A DNA stretch of 64,000 nt from a candidate division WWE3 bacterium (GTDB taxonomy: Bacteria; Patescibacteriota; WWE3; 2-01-FULL-39-13), in contig CALRDH010000004.1 in assembly GCA_943354835.1 (NCBI GenBank), forward strand, positions 10,851 through 74,850, written 5' to 3'. How positions within the stretch are numbered: the first letter of the stretch is position 1; every line of letters begins with the position of its first letter. Below the pieces are notes generated by a model. That model saw only the letters and a program-made list of their open reading frames with translations, was not told the DNA's origin and made no database searches. A program made the translations under genes and the position numbers. Below, piece after piece: positions 39,721-49,555 of the stretch.

Positions 39721-40521
39721 TTACTGTCTAACTATACTAAAAAGTTTGTCGTGATATTCAAAATATTTTGAATCTCCCCCTAAGCTTTTTGCACAATTTG
39801 CAGAAACAGCCATATCCATAGCTTTAGTATGTATATTTGTTAATGGGAAATCTCTAAATACAAATTTCACTTGTCCATTATCAATATAATTTGACTTTAT
39901 CGATGGATAAGTCTGCGTGTAAGCTCTTTGACAAAACGGACACTCGTAATCAGAAAATTCAACAATAGTTATTGGTGCATTTGCATCTCCCAATATTGGA
40001 TCATCATCGATTGAAACTTCTTTTAGTATGGCATCAATACTTGTTGGAGCTGGCTGACTTGGATCTGCTTCAGCCAATTTCGATAATATTTTTTGGTCAT
40101 CATTTTCCAATAGACCATCTATTGTAGATTGAAAATAATCGAAAGGATAAGCACCTGCTAACCAAACACCTTTGATTTTTCCATCAGCAGAGCTTCTGCC
40201 AATAAAAAAAGACGGTGTACCTTGGACTCCAATTGCTTGCGCATCTTGCATATCTTTTTCGATTTCAGATTTATCATATGTATCAAGACACGATTTGAAA
40301 TCTTTTTCTTTTATACCGACTTCTTTAGCAATATTCACATATTCCTGAAGTTTATAACCAGTTGATTCAGCTGTTTTTGGAGCTTTTGGTCCAAATAAAC
40401 CCATGTTTGTAGCTATAACCGAAGCCGCGATTATTACTCCAGCAATTATTACTGCTACAGGAGTTGATAATACAACTTTCGGACTATATTTTTCTTCTTC
40501 TTTTTCTTCTTTTTCTGACAT
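39721..40521 (-). CDS. Membrane-anchored DsbA-family oxidoreductase, circularly permuted
   Basis: EFSDYECPFC, FRDFPL and GVQGTPSF are all present, but in permuted order. Confidence 0.88.
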   Translation of the reverse strand: MSEKEEKEEEKYSPKVVLSTPVAVIIAGVIIAASVIATNMGLFGPKAPKTAESTGYKLQEYVNIAKEVGIKEKDFKSCLDTYDKSEIEKDMQDAQAIGVQGTPSFFIGRSSADGKIKGVWLAGAYPFDYFQSTIDGLLENDDQKILSKLAEADPSQPAPTSIDAILKEVSIDDDPILGDANAPITIVEFSDYECPFCQRAYTQTYPSIKSNYIDNGQVKFVFRDFPLTNIHTKAMDMAVSANCAKSLGGDSKYFEYHDKLFSIVRQ

Positions 40522-40591
40522 AAATTAATTCACCCCATCCACAAATAAACAAATTACAATGTATAGAAGATACCAAACATATTAAAAAGAC

Positions 40592-41182
40592 TCAATTTTG
40601 CTTTTTAAGAAAAATCGTAACTTTTGCAGGATCAACTTTTAAACTATGAAAATCTTTTAAATATTCCGAAATTAATTTTGGTTGAAGCACAGAAAATGCG
40701 CTCTTTACTAATGAATTCTTAAACCCAGCTAAATAACCTTCGTCATTCATATCAATATCAATTATTTCTAAGCGAGTTCCATTTTCTATAGTTTTAAAAC
40801 TAACTTTTGCCTTGGTATTATTCACCGAAATATCAGCATCAATTTGATCTTGAAGTAAACGAACTTGAAGATCATCAAGCGTAAATTGTTCATACTTCTG
40901 ACCTTTTGCATATTTCGAAAGCATCAAATTCAAATCCTTTTCGGAAACTTCGATTTTAGTAAGATCAAGAGATTCACTTGGAGTCACGACCAACGCTTTG
41001 GGTGTTTCCTCTGTTGCTTTTATCGGATTATATTTATTTGTAAAACTTGAAAAAGTCTCCTTAACATCATCAAAACTCGTTGGAACCTGAAATCCCCAGA
41101 TATTCGTATACGCATATACATTTGAATGAAAAGAAAAACCAGTTATCAAAATTAAAGGAAGAATTACTTTTAGGTATTTCAC
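40592..41182 (-). CDS. Hypothetical secreted protein
   Basis: Signal peptide ending VYA; GTG 41182 lies 6 nt after TGcTATTCT. Confidence 0.75.
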   Translation of the reverse strand: MKYLKVILPLILITGFSFHSNVYAYTNIWGFQVPTSFDDVKETFSSFTNKYNPIKATEETPKALVVTPSESLDLTKIEVSEKDLNLMLSKYAKGQKYEQFTLDDLQVRLLQDQIDADISVNNTKAKVSFKTIENGTRLEIIDIDMNDEGYLAGFKNSLVKSAFSVLQPKLISEYLKDFHSLKVDPAKVTIFLKKQN

Positions 41183-41208
41183 AAACAAAGAATAGCATGC
41201 ACAAATTT

Positions 41209-43026
41209 TTATTGTTTTCTTTTATTTGCCTTGGCTCTTTGTACAGGATCCAATATCTTTTTTCGCATTCTAATATTTTTTGGAGTAATTTCTAAAAGTT
41301 CGTCGTCTTCGATAAAACCAAAACATTGTTCTAGGTTCATTTTAATAACAGCATTTAAAACAATTGGATCTTCACCTTTTGATCTCATGTTTGTTAAATG
41401 TTTTGTTTTACAAACATTAACTTCAATATCGTCATCTCTGCTATTTGCTCCAATTATCATTCCTGCATAAACATCTGTTTGAGGGATTATAAAAACTTCA
41501 CCTTTTGAGTGTGCAGCTTGTAATCCATACGCGACGGCTTTTCCTGTTTCAAATGCAATAACAACACCTTTTCTTATATTTCTGCTATCTGTACTTGCTC
41601 TGTCATATCTTAAAAAGTTTGAATTAGCACTTGCTGTACCTTTTGAAAGTGTTAACAAAGTACTTCTTAATCCAAGCGCGTTTCTTGTGGAAATCTCAAA
41701 AAGCAAACGAGTAACACCTGTGATTGGTTCCTCTTGAGACAGAAGAACTGCTTTTCTTTTTCCCATTTCGCCATTTATTGCTCCAACATATTCAGTTGAA
41801 ACATCAATCATAACCTCTTCATATGGTTCCATTTCGACTCCGTCTATTATCTTTTTAATAACTTTTGGTTTTCCGACTTCAAGTTCAAAACCTTCACGAC
41901 TTAATGTTTCTAAAAATACACAAAGATGAAGTTCTCCACGTCCTGAAATAATATATTGTCCATTTTCGGAAATATGAAATCTCATAGCAACATTTGTTTG
42001 AAGTTCATCTTCAATTCTTTCAAGAATTTGCCTGCTTGTTAAAAGTGATCCTTCTTTTCCCATAAATGGAGAGGTGTTTGGACCTATTGAAATACTTAGT
42101 GTTGGCTCCCCTATTTTTGTGGCTTCTAATTTTTCTTGATTATCAAAATCCGAAACAGTATCGCCAATATCAGATTCCTTAATTCCTGTAAGTGCAATAA
42201 CGTCACCAGAAAAGGCTTCCATAACTTCGACTCTTTTTAATCCCGAATTTACAAAAATTTTATCTACGATTTGAGAAACGACAGTTCCATCGGTCTTCAT
42301 CAAAGCTACTTTTTGACCTTGTGAAATTTTTCCGCGTTTAATACGGCCAATTGCGTACTTACCTTTATATGTATCCCAATCAAGTGAAGAAATAAGCATC
42401 TGGAAAGGTGCTTCATTATCGATTTTTGGTTCTGGAATGTATTTTAAAATTGCTTCGAATATTGGTTCTAAATTGGAAGGCGATTCAACCAATTCTGGAA
42501 GTTCATTCCAGGCTTTTCCATCACGTCCAATTGCATATAGAACTGGAAAATCTAATTGTGCATCATTTATAGCAAGTTCCAAGAACAAATCATCAACCTT
42601 TTTTAAAACAACTTCTGGACGTGCGTCTTTCTTATCAATTTTATTTATTAAGACAATTATTTTTAAACCAAGCTCGAGTGCTTTTCGCAAAACAAACTTT
42701 GTTTGAGGCATTGGTCCTTCTTGTGCGTCGACTAACAAAATCGCACCATCAGCCATATTTAAAGTTCTTTCGACCTCTCCGCTAAAATCGGCGTGTCCTG
42801 GAGTATCAACGATATTAATTTTGATACCTTTATATTCAATAGATGCGTTTTTCGCGAAAATTGTGATTCCTCTTTCGCGCTCTTGATCATTTGAATCAAG
42901 GATCAAATCCTGATTCATATATGCTTCGTTTTCGCGAAAAACATGAGACTGCTTTAAAAGTCCATCAACCAAAGTAGTCTTACCATGGTCAACATGGGCT
43001 ATAATTGCAACATTTCGTAGTTCCAT
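41209..43026 (-). CDS. typA: Translational GTPase TypA/BipA
   Basis: AHVDHGKTT, DTPGHADF, NKID, GRGELHL and KHLTNMRS. Confidence 0.97.
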   Translation of the reverse strand: MELRNVAIIAHVDHGKTTLVDGLLKQSHVFRENEAYMNQDLILDSNDQERERGITIFAKNASIEYKGIKINIVDTPGHADFSGEVERTLNMADGAILLVDAQEGPMPQTKFVLRKALELGLKIIVLINKIDKKDARPEVVLKKVDDLFLELAINDAQLDFPVLYAIGRDGKAWNELPELVESPSNLEPIFEAILKYIPEPKIDNEAPFQMLISSLDWDTYKGKYAIGRIKRGKISQGQKVALMKTDGTVVSQIVDKIFVNSGLKRVEVMEAFSGDVIALTGIKESDIGDTVSDFDNQEKLEATKIGEPTLSISIGPNTSPFMGKEGSLLTSRQILERIEDELQTNVAMRFHISENGQYIISGRGELHLCVFLETLSREGFELEVGKPKVIKKIIDGVEMEPYEEVMIDVSTEYVGAINGEMGKRKAVLLSQEEPITGVTRLLFEISTRNALGLRSTLLTLSKGTASANSNFLRYDRASTDSRNIRKGVVIAFETGKAVAYGLQAAHSKGEVFIIPQTDVYAGMIIGANSRDDDIEVNVCKTKHLTNMRSKGEDPIVLNAVIKMNLEQCFGFIEDDELLEITPKNIRMRKKILDPVQRAKANKRKQ

Positions 43027-43083
43027 AAAAGGAAGATTATACAGGTGAGAAAGAAATTAGGCAAAAGGCAGACTAGAATTAGT

Positions 43084-43455
43084 TTAGTGTGCTTGCTTAC
43101 CCAATACATCAATACCGGATTCAGCAATTACACGCAAAGAGACAACCCATGGACGATCCTCCTGTGCAATATCAAACGGCATAGCTTCATCCTGTAGACC
43201 AGGAGTATGGACAACATACAATTTCCCATTTAAATAAAACGCCCTCCACGGAGCTCCTCCCTCATCCGGTAAACAAATTACCGCTTCACATTGATGCAAA
43301 TCAAGACTAATTCGTTCGTTACAGTCCAAAGAAAACAAATCAGGAGGAATTAAGTACTCCCAGCTACCATCGGCGAAAAGATGAACAGGCTGAGTTGCAG
43401 AATCCAAAACTGGCAAATCATCCAAGCTCATGACTCCTGGTGGACATTCAGACAT
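43084..43455 (-). CDS. Hypothetical acidic protein
   Basis: 123 aa ORF filling the gap; no motif. Confidence 0.5.
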   Translation of the reverse strand: MSECPPGVMSLDDLPVLDSATQPVHLFADGSWEYLIPPDLFSLDCNERISLDLHQCEAVICLPDEGGAPWRAFYLNGKLYVVHTPGLQDEAMPFDIAQEDRPWVVSLRVIAESGIDVLGKQAH

Positions 43456-43518
43456 ATTGGATCCATTCTACAATATAACTTTCTGGCATACCAATTTTAA
43501 TGATCGCACATCGAAGGT

Positions 43519-43540
43519 ACACTCAGTGGCCACTGAGTGT
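43519..43540. repeat. Perfect 22-bp palindrome ACACTCAGTGGCCACTGAGTGT
   Basis: Read directly; lies in a divergent intergenic region. Confidence 0.8.
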
Positions 43541-43719
43541 GCGAACAAAAAAAAAGGCAATAAAAAACTCCTTAAGCGCATTTAGACTTTATGTGTTAGA
43601 CTACCGCAAGAATTTAGAGTGGCAATGCCACTGAATATAGACTAAAAACCATAGGAATCTGAATGATTTAAACCGCAACTCCTCCGTTTTTACTCAATAT
43701 AAACTAAAATTTAATAATT

Positions 43720-44919
43720 ATGTTTAAAAAACCATACGGTAGATTTAATCGCAGTAATCCTGGCAGAAAGCCTTTTGGTGGTGGTTTTGGTGGTGGAAGA
43801 GGCAGAGGCGGTCCACGAAGTTTCAGCGATTATTCAAAATATATAAATAAAAACCCAGAAGAAATTAAAGAAGAAATTTTTATTCCAACAGTCAAAATCA
43901 CAGAACTTAATATTATTGAAAAGTTAAAAACCAACATTCTTCAAAAAGGATACAAAGATTTAACGCCAATTCAAGATAAAACAATTCCTCTTATTCTAGA
44001 AGGAAAAGATATTATAGGTGTAGCAAATACAGGAACTGGTAAAACCGGCGCATTCTTAATTCCAATGATTAACAAAACTTATTCAGATATTAAAGAAAAG
44101 GTTTTAATAATTGCTCCAACACGGGAATTAGCTCAACAAATAAACACAGAATTTAGAAGTTTTTCGGAAGGCTTAAATTTATTTTCAACTTTATGCATTG
44201 GCGGAACTAGTATGTTTGCACAAAGAAAAGATTTAAATAGGGTTCACAACTTTTTAATTTGTACACCTGGAAGAGTTAAAGATTTAGCACAAAGAGGTTG
44301 GGTTGATTTATCCACCTACAACAACATAGTAATTGATGAAGTCGACCGTATGTTTGATATGGGATTTCAAAAAGATATTAATTTTATTCTTGGACTTTTG
44401 CCAAAAACTAGACAGGCGCTTTTTTTCTCGGCAACTGTTTCAAACGACATAGAAGTCTTAATCAATAAATACTTAGTAAACCCAATCAAAATATCCATAA
44501 ACGAGAAAAAAAGCGCCACGCATATTATGCAAGACATTATTCGCACAAGCTCACCTTCTGAAAAGATTTCTGTACTTCACGATATGCTTATTAAACCAGA
44601 ATTTGCAAAAGTAATTATCTTCATAAAAACAAAATGGAATTTGAACGAAATCGAAAAAGAACTTAAAGATCGAGGATTTTTAGTCACTTCAATTCACGGA
44701 AACAAAACACAAGTTGCACGTCAAAAGTCTTTATCACACTTCAAAGAAAATCGAACAAAAATTCTTTTAGCAACTGACGTTGCAGCACGTGGACTTGATA
44801 TCGACAATGTTACTCACGTAATTAACTACGATAAACCAGCAACATACGATGATTATGTTCACCGTATTGGTCGTACAGGTCGAGGAAACAATAAAGGAAT
44901 CGCACTAACCTTCGTTTAA
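43720..44919 (+). CDS. DEAD-box RNA helicase with an N-terminal RGG-rich tail
   Basis: TGTGKT, PTRELA, DEVD, SAT, ARGLD and HRIGRTGR. Confidence 0.95.
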   Translation: MFKKPYGRFNRSNPGRKPFGGGFGGGRGRGGPRSFSDYSKYINKNPEEIKEEIFIPTVKITELNIIEKLKTNILQKGYKDLTPIQDKTIPLILEGKDIIGVANTGTGKTGAFLIPMINKTYSDIKEKVLIIAPTRELAQQINTEFRSFSEGLNLFSTLCIGGTSMFAQRKDLNRVHNFLICTPGRVKDLAQRGWVDLSTYNNIVIDEVDRMFDMGFQKDINFILGLLPKTRQALFFSATVSNDIEVLINKYLVNPIKISINEKKSATHIMQDIIRTSSPSEKISVLHDMLIKPEFAKVIIFIKTKWNLNEIEKELKDRGFLVTSIHGNKTQVARQKSLSHFKENRTKILLATDVAARGLDIDNVTHVINYDKPATYDDYVHRIGRTGRGNNKGIALTFV

Positions 44920-44921
44920 AA

Positions 44922-45164
44922 TTACTCAAAAAGTTTTTTCTTCTCTTTGCGATTTAAAGATTTCAAATAATATTCATACTTCAATGCTTCAGAAAGAGTT
45001 TCAAAACTTTTGGAATATTTAAGAACAACAGGACGCCTTCCCTTTGTATACTTTGCACCTAATTTAGAAGAATTATGCTCGGCAACTCTTCTTTCAATGT
45101 CCGTCGTATACCCAGCATAAAAAGTCTTATCGGAACATTCCAAAAGATAAACAATATAGGCCAT
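44922..45164 (-). CDS. GIY-YIG nuclease (UPF0213-like)
   Basis: YIVYLLEC..FYAGYT..RR..EHN...AKYT. Confidence 0.9.
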   Translation of the reverse strand: MAYIVYLLECSDKTFYAGYTTDIERRVAEHNSSKLGAKYTKGRRPVVLKYSKSFETLSEALKYEYYLKSLNRKEKKKLFE

Positions 45165-45617
45165 TTATCTTGTTATTGATATTGTTTCTGAATTTTCTGC
45201 ATCAGGAGCACTTACCGTAATTCGATTATTTGAAGCGCTTTTTATGATATTGTATCCGGTATCATAATCAGTACAGTCCGTGAATGCTCCGGTTGTTGGA
45301 TCATATGGCATTGAAGCAATATAATCTGAAACTATATCGGCGCAAATGTCGGCATCACCCACTCCACTTCCAATATTTTTTGCAGTAGCTGCAATACCTG
45401 TAGGAAGTGATCCTCTGTTATCTGCCGCATATTGTGTGACTGCATTTAGAATTGCATTTACATCACTTCTTCTTTGAGTATTGTTTGCTTGTGAGGATTG
45501 CCTTGATGGATTAATTGCGACTAAAACAATAGAAAGTAAAATGGCTAAAATTCCTATTACAACTACAAGCTCAACTAACTTAAAACCAGCGGTAAAATTT
45601 GTACTTCTCTTTGGCAT
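45165..45617 (-). CDS. Type IV pilin-like protein
   Basis: G|FKLVELVVVIGILAIL class III signal; INP..Q, R.SDV.AI and P.DP. Confidence 0.85.
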   Translation of the reverse strand: MPKRSTNFTAGFKLVELVVVIGILAILLSIVLVAINPSRQSSQANNTQRRSDVNAILNAVTQYAADNRGSLPTGIAATAKNIGSGVGDADICADIVSDYIASMPYDPTTGAFTDCTDYDTGYNIIKSASNNRITVSAPDAENSETISITR

Positions 45618-45691
45618 TACATTTAATATCTTCCAAAATCAAGTTCGCGTCAATAGATGCCCAATTTCTTTTAATGTGCAATAATTGTGTC

Positions 45692-46606
45692 ATGTTAAAT
45701 ATAGATACAAACAACACCAATTCCGTACAAAGTTTTATTAGAACGTTAGCCTGGATAGTTTCAATGTTATTTTTTGGTTTGATTTTAATTTTGCCACTTG
45801 TATCGGTTTCAACAAATTTATTTGAAACAGGCGCAATTCTTGGAGTTCCTTCGCTTTTACTTTCTGTATGGATTTCTGGAATTATTTCAAAGATGTTTTT
45901 CATTTTGCCTGAATGGGAAAAGATGGTTATTTTAAGATTAGGTAAATTTGACGGTGTAAGAGGAGCTGGATTTTTTATAATTCCCCCATTTATTTATTCT
46001 GTAGCATCAATTGTTGATACAAGACTTGAAACAAATCAGGTTGAAGCAACTGCAACTTTAACAAAAGATAATGTTCCAACAAAAGTTACAGCAGCAATTG
46101 AATACAGAGTTGAAGACCCACGAAAAGCAGTTATTGATGTTCAAAATTATAGGAATTCAGTTACATGGCTTTCGACAGAAGCTTTAAAAAATACAATTGG
46201 AAGTCTTGATTTAAAAGAGCTTTTAAGTGAAAGAGACCAGATTTCTGCATCATTAAAAGTTCAGATCGATGAAAATGCTGCAATTTATGGAATTGATGTT
46301 AAGGCCGTTCGAATTACAGATATTGATACGCCACAATCTTTGGTTGAAGAGCTTGCAGTTATTGCAAGAGCAAGACGAACTGCAGAAGCAAAAATGATTC
46401 AAGCAAATGCTGAAGTTAGCGTTGCAAATAAAACAAAAGAAGCTGCAGAAATACTAAGTACAGCAGATGGCGCTATGAGACTTCGCGAACTTCAAGTATT
46501 AAGTGAAGTCAGTAAAGAACAAGGATCAATGATAATCGTATATCCATATGGCGACAGATCAGGTCAAGAAATTGCTCACTCGATTGCAGGGCAGAAGAAG
46601 TCGTAA
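45692..46606 (+). CDS. SPFH/band-7 (stomatin-like) membrane protein
   Basis: RLGKF...GFF, LTKDNV, LLSERD and LRELQ; start placed at ATG 45692. Confidence 0.88.
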   Translation: MLNIDTNNTNSVQSFIRTLAWIVSMLFFGLILILPLVSVSTNLFETGAILGVPSLLLSVWISGIISKMFFILPEWEKMVILRLGKFDGVRGAGFFIIPPFIYSVASIVDTRLETNQVEATATLTKDNVPTKVTAAIEYRVEDPRKAVIDVQNYRNSVTWLSTEALKNTIGSLDLKELLSERDQISASLKVQIDENAAIYGIDVKAVRITDIDTPQSLVEELAVIARARRTAEAKMIQANAEVSVANKTKEAAEILSTADGAMRLRELQVLSEVSKEQGSMIIVYPYGDRSGQEIAHSIAGQKKS

Positions 46607-46612
46607 GTGAGA

Positions 46613-46780
46613 CTATTTCGTAGATAGCCCACTATCGAACCACAAGAATGTGAGTATACTTGCGATGATTATAAGAAGGCCTAATATAAAAAACTGCTTT
46701 TTTTGCAAAATCCTAATCGTAAAATAGCCCAACAAAAGTAACGCAGGTACCATTAATATATAAAAAATCGGTGAAAACAT
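46613..46780 (-). CDS. 55-aa two-TM small protein (below the ORF-track cutoff)
   Basis: My translation: MFSPIFYILMVPALLLLGYFTIRILQKKQFFILGLLIIIASILTFLWFDSGLSTK; it fills the gap. Confidence 0.55.
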   Translation of the reverse strand: MFSPIFYILMVPALLLLGYFTIRILQKKQFFILGLLIIIASILTFLWFDSGLSTK

Positions 46781-46801
46781 AACTTATACTTTACTATAGA
46801 T

Positions 46802-47551
46802 TTAGGCTGGTGAATATTCTTCAAAATCTTTTATTAATTGTTTGATGTCTTTATCTGGATTTTCTAAATATTTTTTCCATGTAGGTAAACCTTTTGCTTT
46901 TATTTTTTCTAAGAAATCATGTCCAACAAATGGTGGATATTTTTCTTTGTTCAAACGGAACCTTAGTTCTTCATCTGTAATTAGTTCAATTATTGCGTGG
47001 CTTCCGTCACCGCGATCAAAATACGAATGCAACATTTCATGCCAAATATAAACAGTGTTGTAATTCGGCCAATCAGTTCGATACGACCAAAGAATTTTGT
47101 TATCTCCTAAATACCTACCGGCTTTAAGCGCTGGATGAACAAGAAAAGCTGTAAAATCACCATCTAAATTTATTCCAAGACTTTTAATATATTCAGAGCA
47201 AAAACCGTAATTTCTGTTCCATTCGTCCTCGATTTTTAAAACAGCATCTTCTGTGGATTTAGAAATAATCCCAAATTCTTTTGATCTAATTAGTTCATCA
47301 AAATATTCATCTAATTTCGTACCAATATCTTGATATGGCAAATTACTTGTTAATGCAAAATCTCCAATAAGTTCTCGACCATCAATTAGCTTATATAAAT
47401 CTTTTGATAAATCCCAAGCTAAATTTTGGAAGTCAGCAACTTCGCCTCTAGCACTGTCTGAAGCATTATCAACAAACCTGTGTCTTTCACAATTCGCAAT
47501 AGCATATGAAGCCAAAAATTTCTGGTCGACTTTAAAATTAAGAGTAAACAT
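46802..47551 (-). CDS. Hypothetical protein with an HExxH motif
   Basis: WHEMLH; TATACT 6 nt before the ATG. Confidence 0.7.
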   Translation of the reverse strand: MFTLNFKVDQKFLASYAIANCERHRFVDNASDSARGEVADFQNLAWDLSKDLYKLIDGRELIGDFALTSNLPYQDIGTKLDEYFDELIRSKEFGIISKSTEDAVLKIEDEWNRNYGFCSEYIKSLGINLDGDFTAFLVHPALKAGRYLGDNKILWSYRTDWPNYNTVYIWHEMLHSYFDRGDGSHAIIELITDEELRFRLNKEKYPPFVGHDFLEKIKAKGLPTWKKYLENPDKDIKQLIKDFEEYSPA

Positions 47552-47586
47552 GATGTGAGTATATTACAACAGTGCTGTTTATTAAA

Positions 47587-47970
47587 TTATTTATCAGTAT
47601 ATTTCTTATAAACTTTTTCAAGTTTTTTATCGAAAGTTTTTAAATCAAGATTTTTATGGATAGCCTCAGCAGCAATCAATGAATCATAAAAGCTAATTAA
47701 TTCACTACTATATATTTCCAAAGCATAGTTCATAAATATTTCTGTTTTGATATTTTTATTAAGCAATAAATTAATTATGGCATCTATTGCATCAGACTTA
47801 GCAACTTTATAATGATGATTTTCCAAGACATGAATCGTTTCTGCTAACACAATACTCGAAATATAGATATCAACCCTATCATCAGAAATTATTTTTTCTA
47901 CTTCATTAAATTGAGATTCAACATCATGTGTTAGGAACCGAAGAAGATAATTTGTATCAATGGAGATCAT
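47587..47970 (-). CDS. PIN-domain VapC-like toxin
   Basis: IDTNYLLR, LAETI, SFYDSLI and TFDKK; overlaps the antitoxin stop. Confidence 0.9.
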   Translation of the reverse strand: MISIDTNYLLRFLTHDVESQFNEVEKIISDDRVDIYISSIVLAETIHVLENHHYKVAKSDAIDAIINLLLNKNIKTEIFMNYALEIYSSELISFYDSLIAAEAIHKNLDLKTFDKKLEKVYKKYTDK

Positions 47971-48215
47971 GACTGATCAAACATAACTCCTTTTGCTCTA
48001 AAGTCCCTGAGCTCTTTAATAGACATTGGCTTCTGTCCCGGTCTTTTTAAACATCCAGCAAGTTGCTTAATACTTAAAACTGGTCTAATTTTCAAAAAAC
48101 CATCACCTTCAGAAACAACCACTCTTGAATTTGACGGCATTTTATATTTTTTCCTGAAGGAAACTGGTATCGTGACCTGTCCCTTTTGAGTTACGGTAGT
48201 AGTTAATTGATTCAT
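47967..48215 (-). CDS. AbrB/MazE-type antitoxin
   Basis: TVTQKGQVTIP..FRKK; start at ATG 48215. Confidence 0.9.
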   Translation of the reverse strand: MNQLTTTVTQKGQVTIPVSFRKKYKMPSNSRVVVSEGDGFLKIRPVLSIKQLAGCLKRPGQKPMSIKELRDFRAKGVMFDQS

Positions 48216-48226
48216 AATCAATACTA

Positions 48227-48255
48227 AATGTACTATGTAGTACAATACGCGTCAA
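48227..48255 (-). promoter_or_regulatory. vapBC promoter TTGACG-N17-TACATT with operator TGTACTA-N2-TAGTACA
   Basis: The palindrome at 48229-48244 overlaps the -10 box. Confidence 0.7.
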
Positions 48256-48258
48256 GTA

Positions 48259-48612
48259 TTACATTGCTACAAATTTCATTGAAATCGAGTTCACACAGTG
48301 TCTTATGTTTTTTGGAGTAAGTCCTTCGCCTTCAAATAAATGTCCCAAATGTCCACCACATTTTGCGCAAGTAATTTCTGTTCGCATTCCATCTTTATCA
48401 AGAGTTCTTTTTACAGCTCCAGGAATTTCATCGTCAAAACTTGGCCAACCGCAATAAGACTCAAATTTATCTTTCGAATTATAAAGTGGAGAATCACATT
48501 GCCTACAAACATAAACTCCATTTGCCTTATTATTCACAAACTCGCCAGTAAACGGAGCCTCAGTCGACTTGTCTAAAATTACGCGACTTTCGTCAGGAGA
48601 TAACTTATTCAT
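48259..48612 (-). CDS. msrB: Methionine-R-sulfoxide reductase
   Basis: TEAPFTG, CRQC, GWPSF, CGGHLGH and RHCVNS; start at ATG 48612. Confidence 0.95.
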   Translation of the reverse strand: MNKLSPDESRVILDKSTEAPFTGEFVNNKANGVYVCRQCDSPLYNSKDKFESYCGWPSFDDEIPGAVKRTLDKDGMRTEITCAKCGGHLGHLFEGEGLTPKNIRHCVNSISMKFVAM

Positions 48613-48640
48613 AAAAAAAGTATACATGTATAATTTAATT

Positions 48641-49555
48641 GTGACCTTACAATTAGCAACTTTAGAGCAGGAAAATGAAAAAACATGGAAAGAGGAATCC
48701 CCAACAATTCAAGATATAGCACTAGATTTTATTGATGATGAATCCAGGCCAAATCCAGTTCTTGAACAAGTTAGTTATACCTATCCCAATATATATGCAA
48801 GACCCATCGAACAACTCAATAGATTTACAGAATCTGAAGCAGTCACAAAGGTAATTGCGTTTCTTAAATTTGTCGGTAAAACCGCAATGGACCATAACGA
48901 TAATTCAGTAGTTGAAAATGCCAATTTATTTTTAGAAAACCTTAGGTATATTGGAAAAAAGGAGCTTGATACTGCCGTTAATTATTTCGCAGAAAAAACA
49001 AATGAGGACATTTCGGCGGGACAAAAAGTAGGTTTCTATATCCCCCCTTCAGGCAGAAGTGAATTATACATAACTTATAGAATTCTCGAACAAATGAAAA
49101 GAAAATCATCAGGAGCTTATTTTACATTTAATCCAAATTCAATTACTCAAAACACAGATAAAGTTTGCATTGCAGATGATTTTGCAATATCCGGAACAAG
49201 AATTAGATCATTTTACACAAGCCTAGTAGAATCAAATCCTAACTATCATGGAAGTATTGAATGCATGTTGATTGCAGCACCAAAAACATTTGATTCGAAA
49301 AGTATAAGTTCAAGAGAAAGACCGACAGTAACAACTTTCTATGGAATTGATGAATATAGAAACTCTCAAGGTAAAGGTATTACCATTGGCGGAAAAATAA
49401 GTGTAACAGGAAGTCATTGTGCAACAGACTATGGATTTAAAACAAACATAGAAGAATTCCACGATTACCTTGAGAAAAAGGTGTCCGTTTCGAAAAGCCA
49501 ATACCAACTGATATCCGAAGAGCCTACGATAAAGATCGAGACGGAAAATTCATAA
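48641..49555 (+). CDS. Hypothetical protein with a PRTase-like loop; possible 3' frameshift
   Basis: [12 protein letters not shown] resembles a PRPP-binding loop; GTG 48641 lies 6 nt after TATAAT. Confidence 0.6.
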   Translation: MTLQLATLEQENEKTWKEESPTIQDIALDFIDDESRPNPVLEQVSYTYPNIYARPIEQLNRFTESEAVTKVIAFLKFVGKTAMDHNDNSVVENANLFLENLRYIGKKELDTAVNYFAEKTNEDISAGQKVGFYIPPSGRSELYITYRILEQMKRKSSGAYFTFNPNSITQNTDKVCIADDFAISGTRIRSFYTSLVESNPNYHGSIECMLIAAPKTFDSKSISSRERPTVTTFYGIDEYRNSQGKGITIGGKISVTGSHCATDYGFKTNIEEFHDYLEKKVSVSKSQYQLISEEPTIKIETENS

